Shown piece by piece: positions 9,921 through 20,435 of a stretch of 64,000 bases of DNA. Position 1 is the stretch's first letter; each line of letters starts with the position of its first letter. Where the stretch lies: assembly GCA_963814585.1 (NCBI GenBank), contig CAWFDF010000011.1, positions 192,001 to 256,000 of the forward strand, in the 5' to 3' direction. Under the pieces are notes generated by a model. That model saw only the letters and a list, made by a program, of their open reading frames with translations, did not search any database and was not told where the DNA came from. Source of the DNA: an uncultured delta proteobacterium (GTDB lineage Bacteria > Myxococcota > Myxococcia > Myxococcales > Anaeromyxobacteraceae). Made by a program: the position numbers and the translations under genes.

Positions 9921-11056
9921 ATGAGCCACTCCTTCCATCACCTCCTCCTCGCCGCCGCGCCAGGGATCCTCGAGGAGCACCTGCCCACCGCGCTGCTGCG
10001 CCCCGGACCGGGCGGGCTGGCGCTCTGGCAGTGGCTGGCGCTGCCGGTGGCCGCCGTCCTGTCGCTGGCGGCCGGCTGGCTGCTCGGCTGGTTGACGCGG
10101 AGGCTGTTCGCCCACCTCTCCTCCCGGACCTCGGCCACCTGGGACGACGAGATGGTGGCGGCGCTGGCTGGACCGGTGATGCTGCTCTGGGCGCTGCTGG
10201 TGGCCGGCGGGCTGCGTCCCCTCCTGGCGCTCGAGGGGAGCGCCGCCAATCTCAACGGTCGGTTGCTCAAGGCGGGCTTCTTCCTGGCGGCCGCCTGGGG
10301 GGCCTTCCGGGCCATCGACGTGGCGTTCCGCGCGCCGCTCGATCCCTCGTCACCGGGTCTGGGCGGATGGCTCACCTTCTTCCGCAAGGCGGTCAAGGTG
10401 GCGGTGTGGCGCTCGGACTGGTCGCGGTGCTCACCGAGCTGGGCTTCCAGGTCACCAGCCTGCTGGCCGGTCTCGGCATCGGCGGCATCGCGGTGGCGCT
10501 GGCGGCCCAGAAGACGGTCGAGAACCTCATCGGCTCGGTCACCATCGGCCTGGACCGGCCCTTCCACGTCGGCGACGCGGTGCTGGTCGACGGCGTGGTC
10601 GGCGTGGTGGAGGTGGTCGGGCTCCGCTCCACCCGGCTGCGGACGCTGGATCGGACCGTCGTCACCATCCCCAACGGCAGGCTGGCCGACATGCGGATCG
10701 AGTCCTACGCGGCGCGCGATCGCTGGCGCATCGTCACCAGCCTGGGCCTGCGTTACGGCACCACCGCCGCCCAGGTTCGCCAGGTGCTGGCCGAGGTCGA
10801 GGCGGCGCTGCGCGACCACCCAGCGGCCGGCCCGGACGCCCCGCTGGTCCGCTTCGCCGAGTTCAAGGACTCTGGCCTGGCCATCGAGGTCCAGGGCTGG
10901 GTGCGGGCGGCCGACCAGCAGGAGTACGGCCGGATCCGCGGCGAGCTCTACCTGCGCTTCATGGAGATCGTGGAGGCGGCCGGGACCGGCTTCGCCTTCC
11001 CGACCCGGACGCTTCACGTCGAGTCGTTGCCGCCACCCGGTGCGCCGCCGGGCTGA
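9921..11056 (+). CDS. mscS: MscS small-conductance mechanosensitive channel, frameshifted near 10405
   Basis: TM part MSHSFHH...AVKVAV in one frame continues as ALGLVAVLTELGF...AGLGIGGIAVALAAQ...RPFHVGD...GLRSTRLRT...IPN...FAFPT in another. Confidence 0.85.
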
Positions 11057-11080
11057 GGCCCGCCCGCGTGGCCGGACAGG

Positions 11081-11117
11081 GAGAAGGCCCGGTCGCACGG
11101 AGCGTCCGGGCCTTCTC
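11081..11117. terminator. Hairpin between convergent mscS and tRNA-Ala
   Basis: GAGAAGGCCCGG...CCGGGCCTTCTC, 12-bp perfect stem. Confidence 0.6.
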
Positions 11118-11121
11118 GGAG

Positions 11122-11197
11122 TGGTGGAGCTGATCGGGATCGAACCGACGACCTCTAGAGTGCGATTCTAGCGCTCTCCCAGCTGAGCTACAGCCCC
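11122..11197 (-). tRNA. tRNA-Ala(CGC)
   Basis: GGGGCTGTAGCTCAGCTGGGAGAGCGCTAGAATCGCACTCTAGAGGTCGTCGGTTCGATCCCGATCAGCTCCACCA; 76 nt, anticodon loop ATCGCAC, CCA end. Confidence 0.97.
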
Positions 11198-11309
11198 GTG
11201 AAGAATTCCCCCGAGGTCCTTGAGGGATGCGTGACTTAGCGGGTCGGCCCGGACGGTGTCAAGCGTCGATTGACTCGCCCCAGACCCTACGCTAATCCTC
11301 GGGCGCCCC

Positions 11310-13576
11310 ATGCCCGCCCCCAAGAGACAGCTCACGGTCGCGGAGCTCGCCAGCCTCGAGCACGCGTTCGCCGCCGACCCCGCGTCCGATGCCTACCGCG
11401 CCCTCGCCGAGGCCTACCTGGCCGCCGGGCGGTACATGGAAGCGATGGTGGTCTGCAAGAAGGGGGTCAAGACCCATCCCGACGATCCCGCCGCCAAGGT
11501 GCTGCTGGCCAAGGTCTACGCCGATCAGGGCAAGGACAAGAAGGCGCTCGAGGAGCTGGCCCCGGTCCTCACCTCCTACCCGAACTACGTGGCCGGGAAC
11601 CTGCTGGCCGCCACGCTCCACCTGCGCGGCGGCGCCCGGGCCGAGGGCGAGGCGGCGCTGCGCCGGGCCGCCGAGGCGGGGCCGTCGGACCCCGACCTGC
11701 TGGCCGCCCTGGAGAAGCACGGCGTCCTCGCCGCGGCGGCCCCGCCGCCCCGGCCTCCCCCCCGGCCGCCGGGCCGCCGGTGCTCGGCCGCCTGAGCTCG
11801 CCCGGCGCGCCGGCGGCACCACCGGTGGCGCCCTCCGCGACGCCGGCCGCATCCCGCCCGGCGGCCCGGGAGCAGCCCATCCCGACGCCCCCGCCCATGC
11901 CTCGCGTCGGCGACGCCTATGCGCGCCAGCTGGCGGAGAAGTACGGCACCCAGACCTGGGGGCTCAACTCCCCCGGGCCCGCCCGGCCGCGCAAGGGGGC
12001 GAGCCGGACCACCGTGCTGGCCACCGCCGTGCTGGCGGTGGTGCTGGTGGTCTCCCTGGTGGCCTGGCAGCTCTTCGCGCGGGCCCACCGGCAGCAGGTG
12101 GAGGCCATCGCCGGGCTGCTCAAGGAGACGCAGGAGCTGGTGGGGCGCGACTCGTTCGGCGCCTACCGGACGGCCGCCGGGAAGAGCCACGCCATCCTCC
12201 AGCTGGACCCCGGCTCGCTGGCGGGTCACGCCTTCCTGGCCTACGTCGACGCGCTGCGCTTCATGGAGCACGCCGAGGGCGACGCGGTCCGAGGCGAGGC
12301 GATCCAGAACCTGGATGGCGGGCGGAAGCTGGGCAACCACTCGCACCTGATCGCCGCCGAGGCCTACCTCAAGGCGGCGACCGGCGACCTCCCCGGCGGC
12401 CTGGCCGGGCTGAAGGCGGAGCTGGAGGATCCGGCCCGGCAGACCGGCCTCCTCTCCGGCGCCATGGGCGTGCTGCTGATGGGCTCGGGCGATCTCGAGG
12501 GCGCCCGCGAGTGGCTGGCCCGCGCCCAGAAGCTCAACCCCAACGACGTGCGCATCGCGCAGCAGCTGGCCGAGCAGTACCGGCGCCGCGGCGAGGGGTA
12601 CGAGCAGCAGGCGGAGAACGCCTACCAGCTGGCGCTGCGGCTCCAGAAGGACCACGTCCCCTCGATGCTGGGGCGGGCCATGCTGCTGCTGGAGCGCGGG
12701 CTCTACGACCAGGCGGCCCAGCACGTCCAGGCGGTCCTGGCGGGCGGTGACGCGAGCCCGCGCCAGCAGGCCCTGGCCCATGCGGTGCGCGGCTCGGTCC
12801 TCTTCGCGCAGGGCAAGGCCACCGAGGGGACCGCCGACGAGCGGCGGGCGCTCGAGCTCGATCCCCAGAGCCCCGACCTGCCCTGGCTGATCGGCCGGCG
12901 GCAGCTGCGCGACGGCGAGGCGGCGGCGGCGGTGGCCTCCATCCAGCGGGCCGTGAACGGCGACGCCAGGCGGGTCGCCTTCTACGTCGACCTGAACCGG
13001 GCCCTGCTGGCGACGCCCGACGGCGGCAAGAAGGCCATCGACGTGCTGCAGAAGGCCATCGGGCGTGCCGGCGATCACCCGCGCCTGGCCCTGCTGCTGG
13101 GCGACGCCTACCGCGCCCAGGGCGACAGCGACCGGGCTCGCGGCCAGTACGAGCGCTCCATCCAGCTCGGCAAGCCCTACCCCGACGCCCGGGTGGCGCT
13201 GGCCCGGCTGTTCCGGTCGCAGAAGAACGTGCCGGCGGCGCTGGCCGAGCTGGATCTCGCCATCACCGAGTACGGGCAGGGCGGGGCCGGCAGCGCCGCC
13301 CAGGCCTTCGTGGAGATGGCCGACATCGAGCGCTCCCGCGGGTCGAAGGCCGAGCTGGTCTTCTCCCTCTACGTGAAGGCGCTCGACAAGGACCCGGCCT
13401 CCTGCGAGGCGCTCTGGAACGCCGGCAAGATGGGCTGGGACGCGGCGCGCGGCCGTGACGAGGAGTCGAGGAAGGCCCGCGACACCGCCCGGGCCCGCCT
13501 CGAGCGCTTCCTGCAGGTCTGCCCGCGCGACGTCAACGTGACGGCCGCCAGGTCGATCATCGCGGCGCCGAGGTAG
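11310..13576 (+). CDS. TPR-repeat membrane-anchored protein, frameshifted near 11740-11765
   Basis: N-terminal TPR ORF 11310..11795 and C-terminal TM+TPR frame ending 13576 join through a Pro/Ala linker containing a C7 run. Confidence 0.75.
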
Positions 13577-14423
13577 GAGCGCCTCGCGAGAGCTGGTCCA
13601 CGTAGTGGACCAGCGCCCAGAGGTCGTCCTCGGGGAGCGCCCCCTTCCAGGTCGGCATGGCGGTGCCGCCCAGCCCGGCGGCGATGGCCCGGTAGAGGTC
13701 ACCGGTCCGGGCGGTGGGGCGGACCGAGCGCAGGGGACCCGACCGGAAGTCGGTGGCGCGGAGCGGGCGGCCGAAGTCGGAGCGGCTCTCGACCGGCTGG
13801 TCGGGGTGGAGCCGCGGCTCGGGGCTGACGCCTGCCTCGCGGGCCCACCTCGCCACCTCCTCGGCCCCGGCGTAGGCGGGGTGGCAGCTCTGGCAGCGGC
13901 CGAGCCCGTGGTAGACGACCCGTCCCCGGGCCGCAGCGGCGGCCTCACGGCCCACCCACGGGTCGGGAGAGACGGCCACCGGCTCCCCGGGCCGCTCGTC
14001 GCGAAAGCGCGGCGCCAGGGTCTTCAGGAACTGGACGATGGCGACCAGGTCGTCGTCGGAGACGTCCGTCCAGGCTCGCATGCCGGTCCCGGCCAGGCCG
14101 GAGCGGACGATGCGGACCACGTCCTCGTCGCGCCAGAGGGCGCCGGCCGGGACCGAGGCGAAGGAGACGATGCCGAGCCGCAGGTCGCGCGGCGGCGGAT
14201 CCATCCCGACCGCCTGCGGTCCCCGGCCGTCCCCGAGCGCGCCGTGGCACGGGCGGCAGGTGCGCATGAAGGCGTCGGCGCCGCGGTTGAGCGTGGCGGC
14301 CGTGACCCTCACGCCGCCGAGGACCTGGTCGGACTCGAAGCGCGGCACCTCGTAGTAGGCGCAGCCGGCCAGGGCGATCAGGCCGAGGGCGCCCAGGCGC
14401 GCCGGGAGGGCCGGCGGGCTCAC
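13557..14423 (-). CDS. Di-heme c-type cytochrome lipoprotein
   Basis: Lipobox LAGC; CRPCH and CQSCH; GTGMRAW and GTAMPTW Met-ligand motifs. Confidence 0.88.
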   Translation of the reverse strand: MSPPALPARLGALGLIALAGCAYYEVPRFESDQVLGGVRVTAATLNRGADAFMRTCRPCHGALGDGRGPQAVGMDPPPRDLRLGIVSFASVPAGALWRDEDVVRIVRSGLAGTGMRAWTDVSDDDLVAIVQFLKTLAPRFRDERPGEPVAVSPDPWVGREAAAAARGRVVYHGLGRCQSCHPAYAGAEEVARWAREAGVSPEPRLHPDQPVESRSDFGRPLRATDFRSGPLRSVRPTARTGDLYRAIAAGLGGTAMPTWKGALPEDDLWALVHYVDQLSRGAPTSAPR

Positions 14424-15121
14424 TTCGCCGCGGCCGCCTTGGCCGCCGCGGCGGCCTCCCTGGCCTCGCGGACCCGCACCTCCCGGTCCAGCTCCTCCAT
14501 GTAGTCCTTCTTGATCGCCCTGGGCCTGCTGTCGACCCGCAGGTCCTTGACCGTCACCGGGAGCGTGGCCTTCACGCCCTCGACGTCGACGGTGGCGGTG
14601 GTCCTACCGGGGCCGGTGGCCCAGAGCTGGCCGCGGGTGTCGCCGCGGCAGACCTCCTCGTCGTCGCAGCGGGTCAGGACCATCCGGCCCGTCACCGGCG
14701 AGCCCTGGTCGTCGTAGGCCTGCAGCTTCACGGCCAGCGGCCGGCAATCGTCGGCCAGCTCGAGCGCGGCCGCCTCCTGGCCGAGCACCACCCGGGCCAC
14801 CACGCGGACCGAGACCGGGGCCGAGGCCAGCACGTCGCCGATGGCGCAGCGGATGGTGGCGGCACCCGGGCCGGCCGAGGAGACGGTGGCGTCGTTGCCG
14901 CGGGCGGTGACGGTGGCCACCTTCGGGTCCGAGCTCGACCAGTCGCAGCGGGCGTCCGGGAGCGGCTTGCCCCCCTGGGCGCGAGGCGTGGCGTGGAGGC
15001 TTCCGGACTGGCCGCGGCCGGAGAAGTGGAGCGACGCCGGCTCGAGCTCGACGCGAGCCGGGCCGCCGCAGGCGGCGAGCAGGAGGGCGGGCAGGAGGGC
15101 AGGCAGGGCAAGGGCGCGCAT
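14420..15121 (-). CDS. Ig-like (Big_2) domain lipoprotein
   Basis: MRALALPALLPALLLAAC lipobox; WSSSDPKVATV. Confidence 0.75.
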   Translation of the reverse strand: MRALALPALLPALLLAACGGPARVELEPASLHFSGRGQSGSLHATPRAQGGKPLPDARCDWSSSDPKVATVTARGNDATVSSAGPGAATIRCAIGDVLASAPVSVRVVARVVLGQEAAALELADDCRPLAVKLQAYDDQGSPVTGRMVLTRCDDEEVCRGDTRGQLWATGPGRTTATVDVEGVKATLPVTVKDLRVDSRPRAIKKDYMEELDREVRVREAREAAAAAKAAAAK

Positions 15122-15172
15122 GGCCCGGGCATGGTAGCGCGAGGTGGGGCCGACGCCTATGCTCCAGTCGGC

Positions 15173-16090
15173 ATGGCCGAGCCCGTACCATCCGTTCCAG
15201 CCGCCACGGTGAGACCGCCGGCCCGGGCCGTCCGGGCCGCCTGCGCGCTCTTCGACCGCCTGGAGAAGGTCTTCAACGGTGCGGCCATGCGGCACCTGGT
15301 GTCCGGCGTCCTCGTCGTCACCTTCGCCGCCTCGCTCCTCGTCATCGAGCTCGGCCGGCGAGGGGCGTTCGGGGGGAGGCTGCTGGCGGCGCTCCCCAGC
15401 AGCCACTTCCACGCGGTCGCGCTGGCCTTCAACCTCCTGCTCTCCTTCGAGGTGGCGGGCCTGGTCTTCGCCATCGTCCAGTCGGTCTCCAACGCCGCCG
15501 GGAGGCAGTTCGAGATCTTCTCGCTCATCCTGCTGCGCCGCTCCTTCGAGGCCTTCGCGGGGCTCGAGGAGCCGGTTCACTGGGGCCAGGCCGGGGAGGC
15601 CACGCTGCTCATGCTGGCCGACGCCGCGGGCGCCGCCCTCATCTTCGTGGCCCTGGGGCTCTACTACACGGTGCAGAAGCACCGGCCGCTCTCCGGAGAC
15701 CAGGGCGACCGCACCAGCTTCGTGGCGGCCAAGAAGCTGATCGCCCTGCTGCTGCTGGCGGTGCTGGCGGTGCTGGCCGGCCACGGGCTGTGGGACCTGG
15801 TGGTGCACCTCGAGGCCCACCCGTTCTTCGAGACCTTCTACTCGCTCCTCATCTTCGCCGACGTCTTGGTGGTGCTCATCTCGCTCCGCTACAGCGCCAG
15901 CTACCACGTGGTCTTCCGCAACTCCGGCCTGGCGGTCGCCACGGTGCTGCTGCGGCTGGCGCTGACGGCGCCACCACCCTGGAGCGGCCTGTTGGGCGTG
16001 GTGGCGGTGCTGTACGCGCTCGGCCTGACGTACGCCTACAACCGGTTCGCGCCGGCGGGGCGGGGGATGCCGATTGCCGAGCAGGGCTGA
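15173..16090 (+). CDS. Hypothetical multi-pass membrane protein
   Basis: About 8 hydrophobic segments in ORF 14993..16090, from ATG 15173. Confidence 0.7.
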   Translation: MAEPVPSVPAATVRPPARAVRAACALFDRLEKVFNGAAMRHLVSGVLVVTFAASLLVIELGRRGAFGGRLLAALPSSHFHAVALAFNLLLSFEVAGLVFAIVQSVSNAAGRQFEIFSLILLRRSFEAFAGLEEPVHWGQAGEATLLMLADAAGAALIFVALGLYYTVQKHRPLSGDQGDRTSFVAAKKLIALLLLAVLAVLAGHGLWDLVVHLEAHPFFETFYSLLIFADVLVVLISLRYSASYHVVFRNSGLAVATVLLRLALTAPPPWSGLLGVVAVLYALGLTYAYNRFAPAGRGMPIAEQG

Positions 16091-16339
16091 CGGCGCCCCC
16101 CGCTGGGCTCACCAGGCCCGGCAGGTCGGGATCCAGGGCGACCTCACCCTCGGCAGGGCTGGAGATCTTGAGGTTCACCTGGCGGTGATCACCACGGCGA
16201 GCTCGGTGAAGGGCCTCATCGGCCGGCGCCTATCGACCTGAAGAGGTCGACCGCGAGGCCCGAGCCGAGGGCGCTCCCGCATGGGGCCATTCCCGCCTGC
16301 CCGGCCCGGCGACGCCTATCATCGGCCCGAGGGGGATGG

Positions 16340-19120
16340 ATGACCGAGCGGACGCCGCCCCGGCCGTGGGCGACCGGCATCGAGCCGCTGCTGCGCGAGC
16401 TCGGGACCGGCCGGCAGGGACTGCCCGCCGCCGAGGCGGCCAGCCGGCTGGTCCGCGACGGCCCCAACGAGCTGCCCGAGCCGACCCGCGACTCCGCGCT
16501 GCGCGAGCTGGCCGGCCAGTTCACCCACTTCATGGCGCTGCTGCTGTGGGCTGCCGGCATCCTGGCCTTCGTCTCCGGCACGCCGGAGCTGGGCTGGGCC
16601 ATCTGGGCGGTGGTGCTGATCAACGGGGCCTTCTCCTTCTGGCAGGAGCGGCGGGCCGAGCGGGCCCTGTCGGCGCTTCGCCACCAGCTGCCGCAGGCGG
16701 CCCGGGCCTGGCGTGACGGCCACCTGGCCTTGCTGCAGGCGCGGGAGCTGGTGCGGGGCGACGTGGTGGAGCTGGCGCTGGGCGATCGGGTCCCGGCCGA
16801 CGCCCGGCTGCTCGCCGCCGACCGGCTGCGCCTGGATCTCTCGCTCCTCACCGGCGAGTCGATGCCGGTGAGCCGGGCGCCCGAGGAGTCCGAGCCGCTC
16901 TGTGCGCTCGCCGAGGAGGCCGGCTCGGTGGTGCTGGCCGGCGCCAGCGTCGTGAGCGGGCGCGGGCGCGCCGTGGTCTTCGCCACGGGCCGCGCCACCG
17001 CGCTCGGCCAGGTGGCCCGGCTCACCGCCGGCGTGGTTCGCGAGCCGTCCACCCTCTCGGTGCAAGTGGCCCGCCTGGTCCGCACCATCACCGGGCTGGC
17101 GGTCGGGATCGGGCTGGTGGTCTTCGCCCTCGGCTACTGGCTGGTCGGCTTCACCATCCCCGAGGCGCTCCTCTTCGCCATCGGCATCGTGGTGGCCAAC
17201 GTGCCCGAGGGGCTGCTCCCAACCGTCACCCTGGCGCTGGCCCTGGGAGTGCAGCGGATGGCGAAGCGGCGGGTGCTGGTGCGGCGGCTACCGGCCATCG
17301 AGACGCTCTCGGCGGTGTCGCTGGTGGCCACCGACAAGACCGGGACCCTCACAGAGAACCGGATGACGGTGCGCGCCGCCTGGACGCCGGACGGCGGCGC
17401 CCCCCTCGGCGCCGACGCCGGCAACGGCCGGCTCCACCACCTGCTCGCCGCCGGCGCGCTCTGCACCGAGGCGGCCACGGTGGCCGGCCCGGGCGAGGCG
17501 CGCGCGGTGGCGCGGGATCCGCTGGAGGCGGCGCTGCTCGAGGCCGCGCGGTCCGCCGGCCTGGAGCCGGTGGCGCTGGCCACCCGCTCGCCACGGCTCC
17601 ACGACATCCCCTTCGATCCGGCCCGGCGGCTCATGACGGTGGTGGTGCGCTGGGGCGAGCCTGGGGACTGGCCGGCCTTCGGGGCGACCGCGGCGGTGGT
17701 GAAGGGGGCGCCGTCGGTGGTGCTGGCCCGCTGCCGGTGGGAGCTGCGCGCCGGGGCGGTGGTGCCGCTCGAGGCCGCCGAGCGGGCCGCCGCCGAGGCC
17801 GAGGCCGACCGCCTGGCGGCGGCCGGCCACCGGGTCCTGGCGGTGGCAGGCCGCGACGCGGCCGGCGGGGCGTCCGACGCGGCGCTGGAGCAGGACCTCG
17901 TGCTGCTCGGCCTGCTCGGCGTCGAGGATCCCCCTCGCCGCGGCGTGACCGAGGCGCTGCGGCGCTGCCGCGAGGCCGGCATCCGCGTGGTGATGGTGAC
18001 TGGCGACGGCCCCGTCACGGCCCTGGCGGTGGCCCGCGAGGTGGGGCTGGGGGACGACGGGCTCAGGGCGGTCACCGGCGCCGAGCTGTCGGCCCTGGGC
18101 GACGAGGCGCTGCGGGCGCTCCTGCGCGACCCGGCACCCCGCCTCTTCGCCCGGGTGCTGCCCGAGCAGAAGCTCCGGCTGGTGAAGGCCTGGCAGTCGA
18201 TGGGCGAGGTGGTGGCGGTCACCGGCGACGGGGTCAACGACGCCCCCGCGCTGCGGGCGGCCCACGTGGGCATCGCCATGGGGGCCTCGGGCACCGACGT
18301 GGCCCGCGCCGCCGCCGACCTGGTGCTGCTGGACGACGACCTCGCCAGCCTGGTCTCGGCCATCGAGGAGGGGCGCAGCCTCTTCCGCAACGTCCGCAAG
18401 TTCCTCGCCTACATCCTCACCTCCAACGTGCCGGAGCTGGTGCCGTTCCTGGCCATGGTGGCGCTGCGCATCCCGCCGGCCCTCACCATCCTGCAGATCC
18501 TGGCCGTGGATCTCGGGACCGACATGGTGCCGGCGCTGGCCCTGGGCGGCGACCCGCCCGAGCCCGGGCTGATGCGCCGGCCGCCCCGCCCCAAGGACGC
18601 GCCGCTGCTCGATCGCCGCTTGCTGCTGCGCGCCTACCTGAGGCTGGGCGGCGTCCAGGCCCTCTGCGCCATGGGGGCCTACCTGGCCATCTGGGCCCTC
18701 CACGGCGTCGACCTCGGCGGGATGCGGGAGGCGGCCACCGCCATCATCGGCCACGCCGCCGACCCGGCCTTGTCGGCGCTGCAGCGCGAGGCCACCAGCG
18801 CGGCGCTGGCCACCATCGTCTTCTGCCAGATGGGCAACCTCTTCGCCTGCCGCTCCGAGCGGCTCTCGGCCTTCTCGGTGCGGGGCCGGAACCCGCTGCT
18901 CAAGTACGGGCTGGCCGTCGAGGCGGTGCTGCTGGTGGCGGTCCTGTACCTGCCGCCGCTGCAGGGCGTCTTCGCCACCGCGCCGCTGCCGGCGCTGCTG
19001 TGGCCGGCGCTGCTGCTCGGCCCCGTCCTCCTGCTGGCGGTCGACGAGTCGGCCAAGTGGGTGGGCCGGCGGCGCCGGGCGCGGCGCGCGGCGGGCTACA
19101 GCCTCGGGGCCACCTGGTAG
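16340..19120 (+). CDS. Cation-transporting P-type ATPase (P2C-like signatures)
   Basis: LTGES, VANVPEGL, DKTGT, TGD, GDGVNDAPAL, TSNVPE, DLGTDM. Confidence 0.95.
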   Translation: MTERTPPRPWATGIEPLLRELGTGRQGLPAAEAASRLVRDGPNELPEPTRDSALRELAGQFTHFMALLLWAAGILAFVSGTPELGWAIWAVVLINGAFSFWQERRAERALSALRHQLPQAARAWRDGHLALLQARELVRGDVVELALGDRVPADARLLAADRLRLDLSLLTGESMPVSRAPEESEPLCALAEEAGSVVLAGASVVSGRGRAVVFATGRATALGQVARLTAGVVREPSTLSVQVARLVRTITGLAVGIGLVVFALGYWLVGFTIPEALLFAIGIVVANVPEGLLPTVTLALALGVQRMAKRRVLVRRLPAIETLSAVSLVATDKTGTLTENRMTVRAAWTPDGGAPLGADAGNGRLHHLLAAGALCTEAATVAGPGEARAVARDPLEAALLEAARSAGLEPVALATRSPRLHDIPFDPARRLMTVVVRWGEPGDWPAFGATAAVVKGAPSVVLARCRWELRAGAVVPLEAAERAAAEAEADRLAAAGHRVLAVAGRDAAGGASDAALEQDLVLLGLLGVEDPPRRGVTEALRRCREAGIRVVMVTGDGPVTALAVAREVGLGDDGLRAVTGAELSALGDEALRALLRDPAPRLFARVLPEQKLRLVKAWQSMGEVVAVTGDGVNDAPALRAAHVGIAMGASGTDVARAAADLVLLDDDLASLVSAIEEGRSLFRNVRKFLAYILTSNVPELVPFLAMVALRIPPALTILQILAVDLGTDMVPALALGGDPPEPGLMRRPPRPKDAPLLDRRLLLRAYLRLGGVQALCAMGAYLAIWALHGVDLGGMREAATAIIGHAADPALSALQREATSAALATIVFCQMGNLFACRSERLSAFSVRGRNPLLKYGLAVEAVLLVAVLYLPPLQGVFATAPLPALLWPALLLGPVLLLAVDESAKWVGRRRRARRAAGYSLGATW

Positions 19121-19524
19121 AGCAGCAGGTAGACCGCCACGCCGGTGGCCGAGACGTAGAGCCAGATGGGGACGGTGATCCGGGCGATGCGGCGGTGGTG
19201 GTCGAAGCGGCCCTTCCATCCGAGGAAGAGCGAGCGCAGCGCCATGGGCGCCACGGCGGCGGCCAGCAGCGTGTGGCTGACCAGGATGGCGAGGTAGAGC
19301 CAGCGCACCCAGCCTTCGCCGGGGAACCGGTGCGTCCCGGTGAGCGCCACGCGGGTGAGGTAGCTGGCCAGGAAGGCCGCCGAGACCGCCACCGCGCCCA
19401 CCATGAGGCGGCGATGGCGCTCGCGGTCGCCGCGCCGGATGGCGCGCCAGCCGAGCAGCACCAGCACGCCGGCGCAGGCGTTGAGCAGGGCGTTGAGCGG
19501 GGCGAGCGCCTCGCCGAGGCTCAA
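19096..19524 (-). CDS. DUF420 family membrane protein
   Basis: LNALLNA...HRRLM...FLASY...HRRIARITVPIWLYVSATGVAVYLLLY; TTG start overlaps the ctaB stop. Confidence 0.85.
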   Translation of the reverse strand: MSLGEALAPLNALLNACAGVLVLLGWRAIRRGDRERHRRLMVGAVAVSAAFLASYLTRVALTGTHRFPGEGWVRWLYLAILVSHTLLAAAVAPMALRSLFLGWKGRFDHHRRIARITVPIWLYVSATGVAVYLLLYQVAPRL

Positions 19525-20435
19525 CGGACGGCACCGACGAAGAGGGCCGCCATGAGCACCGTCAGGTAGAGGAGGGTGGCGAGGAAGATGCGCCGCGCCC
19601 ACCGGTTCGACTCCCCCTGGAGCCGCAGCCCGGTCAGCGCGTAGCCGGTGAAGGCCACCGAGGCGGCCGCGGCGATGCCGCCGTAGGCCCAGCTGGCCAG
19701 CCCCAGCGCCACCGGGAGGAGCGAGGCCGGGAGGAGGAGCAGGCTGGTGCCGGCGATCCAGCTGCGCGCCACCCGGTCGCCGTGGACCAGCGCGAAGACC
19801 TTCATGCCGCCGCGGGCGTAGTCCTCCTTGAGGTACAGCGAGATGGCGATGAAGTGCGGCAGCTGCCAGGCGAGCAGCAGCAGGAAGACCGCGATCCCGC
19901 CCAGGTCGGCGTGGCCGGTGACCGCCGTCCAGCCCATCAGCGGGGGGATGGCGCCCGGCACGGCGCCGACGAAGAGCGCCAGCGAGCTGCGCCGCTTCAG
20001 CGGCGTGTAGACGGCGACGTAGGAGACCAGCGCCAGGAGGGCCAGCCCGGCGGTGAGCGGGCCGGCCACCAGCGCCAGCACCGGCACCGCGAAGGCCGGG
20101 ACCGCCAGCCCGAAGGCCAGCGCCAGCAGCGGATCGAGCCGGCCGGCCGGCAGCGGCCGGGAGCGGGTCCGGTGCATCAGGCCGTCGCTCTCCCGCTCCA
20201 GGTAGCTGTTGAGGGCGTTGGCGGCCCCCACCACCGCGGCGGTGCACAGCACCGTGAGCAGCGCGCGCGCCGGGTCGATCCGGCCCGGGGCCAGCCACAT
20301 GCCGCCGGCGGTGGTGAGCAGCACCAGCGAGGCGAGGCGCGGCTTGGAGAGCAGGACGAGCTCGCGCCCCAGCGCCAGGGGCGCGGTGACGTATCGAGCC
20401 GGCGCCTGATCGGCGCCCGGGGCGAGCGGGGTCAT
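19521..20435 (-). CDS. ctaB: Protoheme IX farnesyltransferase (heme O synthase)
   Basis: LSKPRL, NSYLERESDGLMHRTRSRPLP, YTPLKR, GAIPPLMGW, WQLPHF. Confidence 0.95.
   Translation of the reverse strand: MTPLAPGADQAPARYVTAPLALGRELVLLSKPRLASLVLLTTAGGMWLAPGRIDPARALLTVLCTAAVVGAANALNSYLERESDGLMHRTRSRPLPAGRLDPLLALAFGLAVPAFAVPVLALVAGPLTAGLALLALVSYVAVYTPLKRRSSLALFVGAVPGAIPPLMGWTAVTGHADLGGIAVFLLLLAWQLPHFIAISLYLKEDYARGGMKVFALVHGDRVARSWIAGTSLLLLPASLLPVALGLASWAYGGIAAAASVAFTGYALTGLRLQGESNRWARRIFLATLLYLTVLMAALFVGAVR

Noticed and set aside
11122..11197. tRNA-Ala as an integration site
   Set aside because: I saw no duplicated tRNA 3' end and no adjacent integrase; the flanks are ordinary genes
16091..16339. 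Possible gene remnant or fluoride riboswitch upstream of the P-type ATPase
   Set aside because: Short minus-strand peptides look vaguely protein-like, but no family motif or riboswitch consensus could be matched
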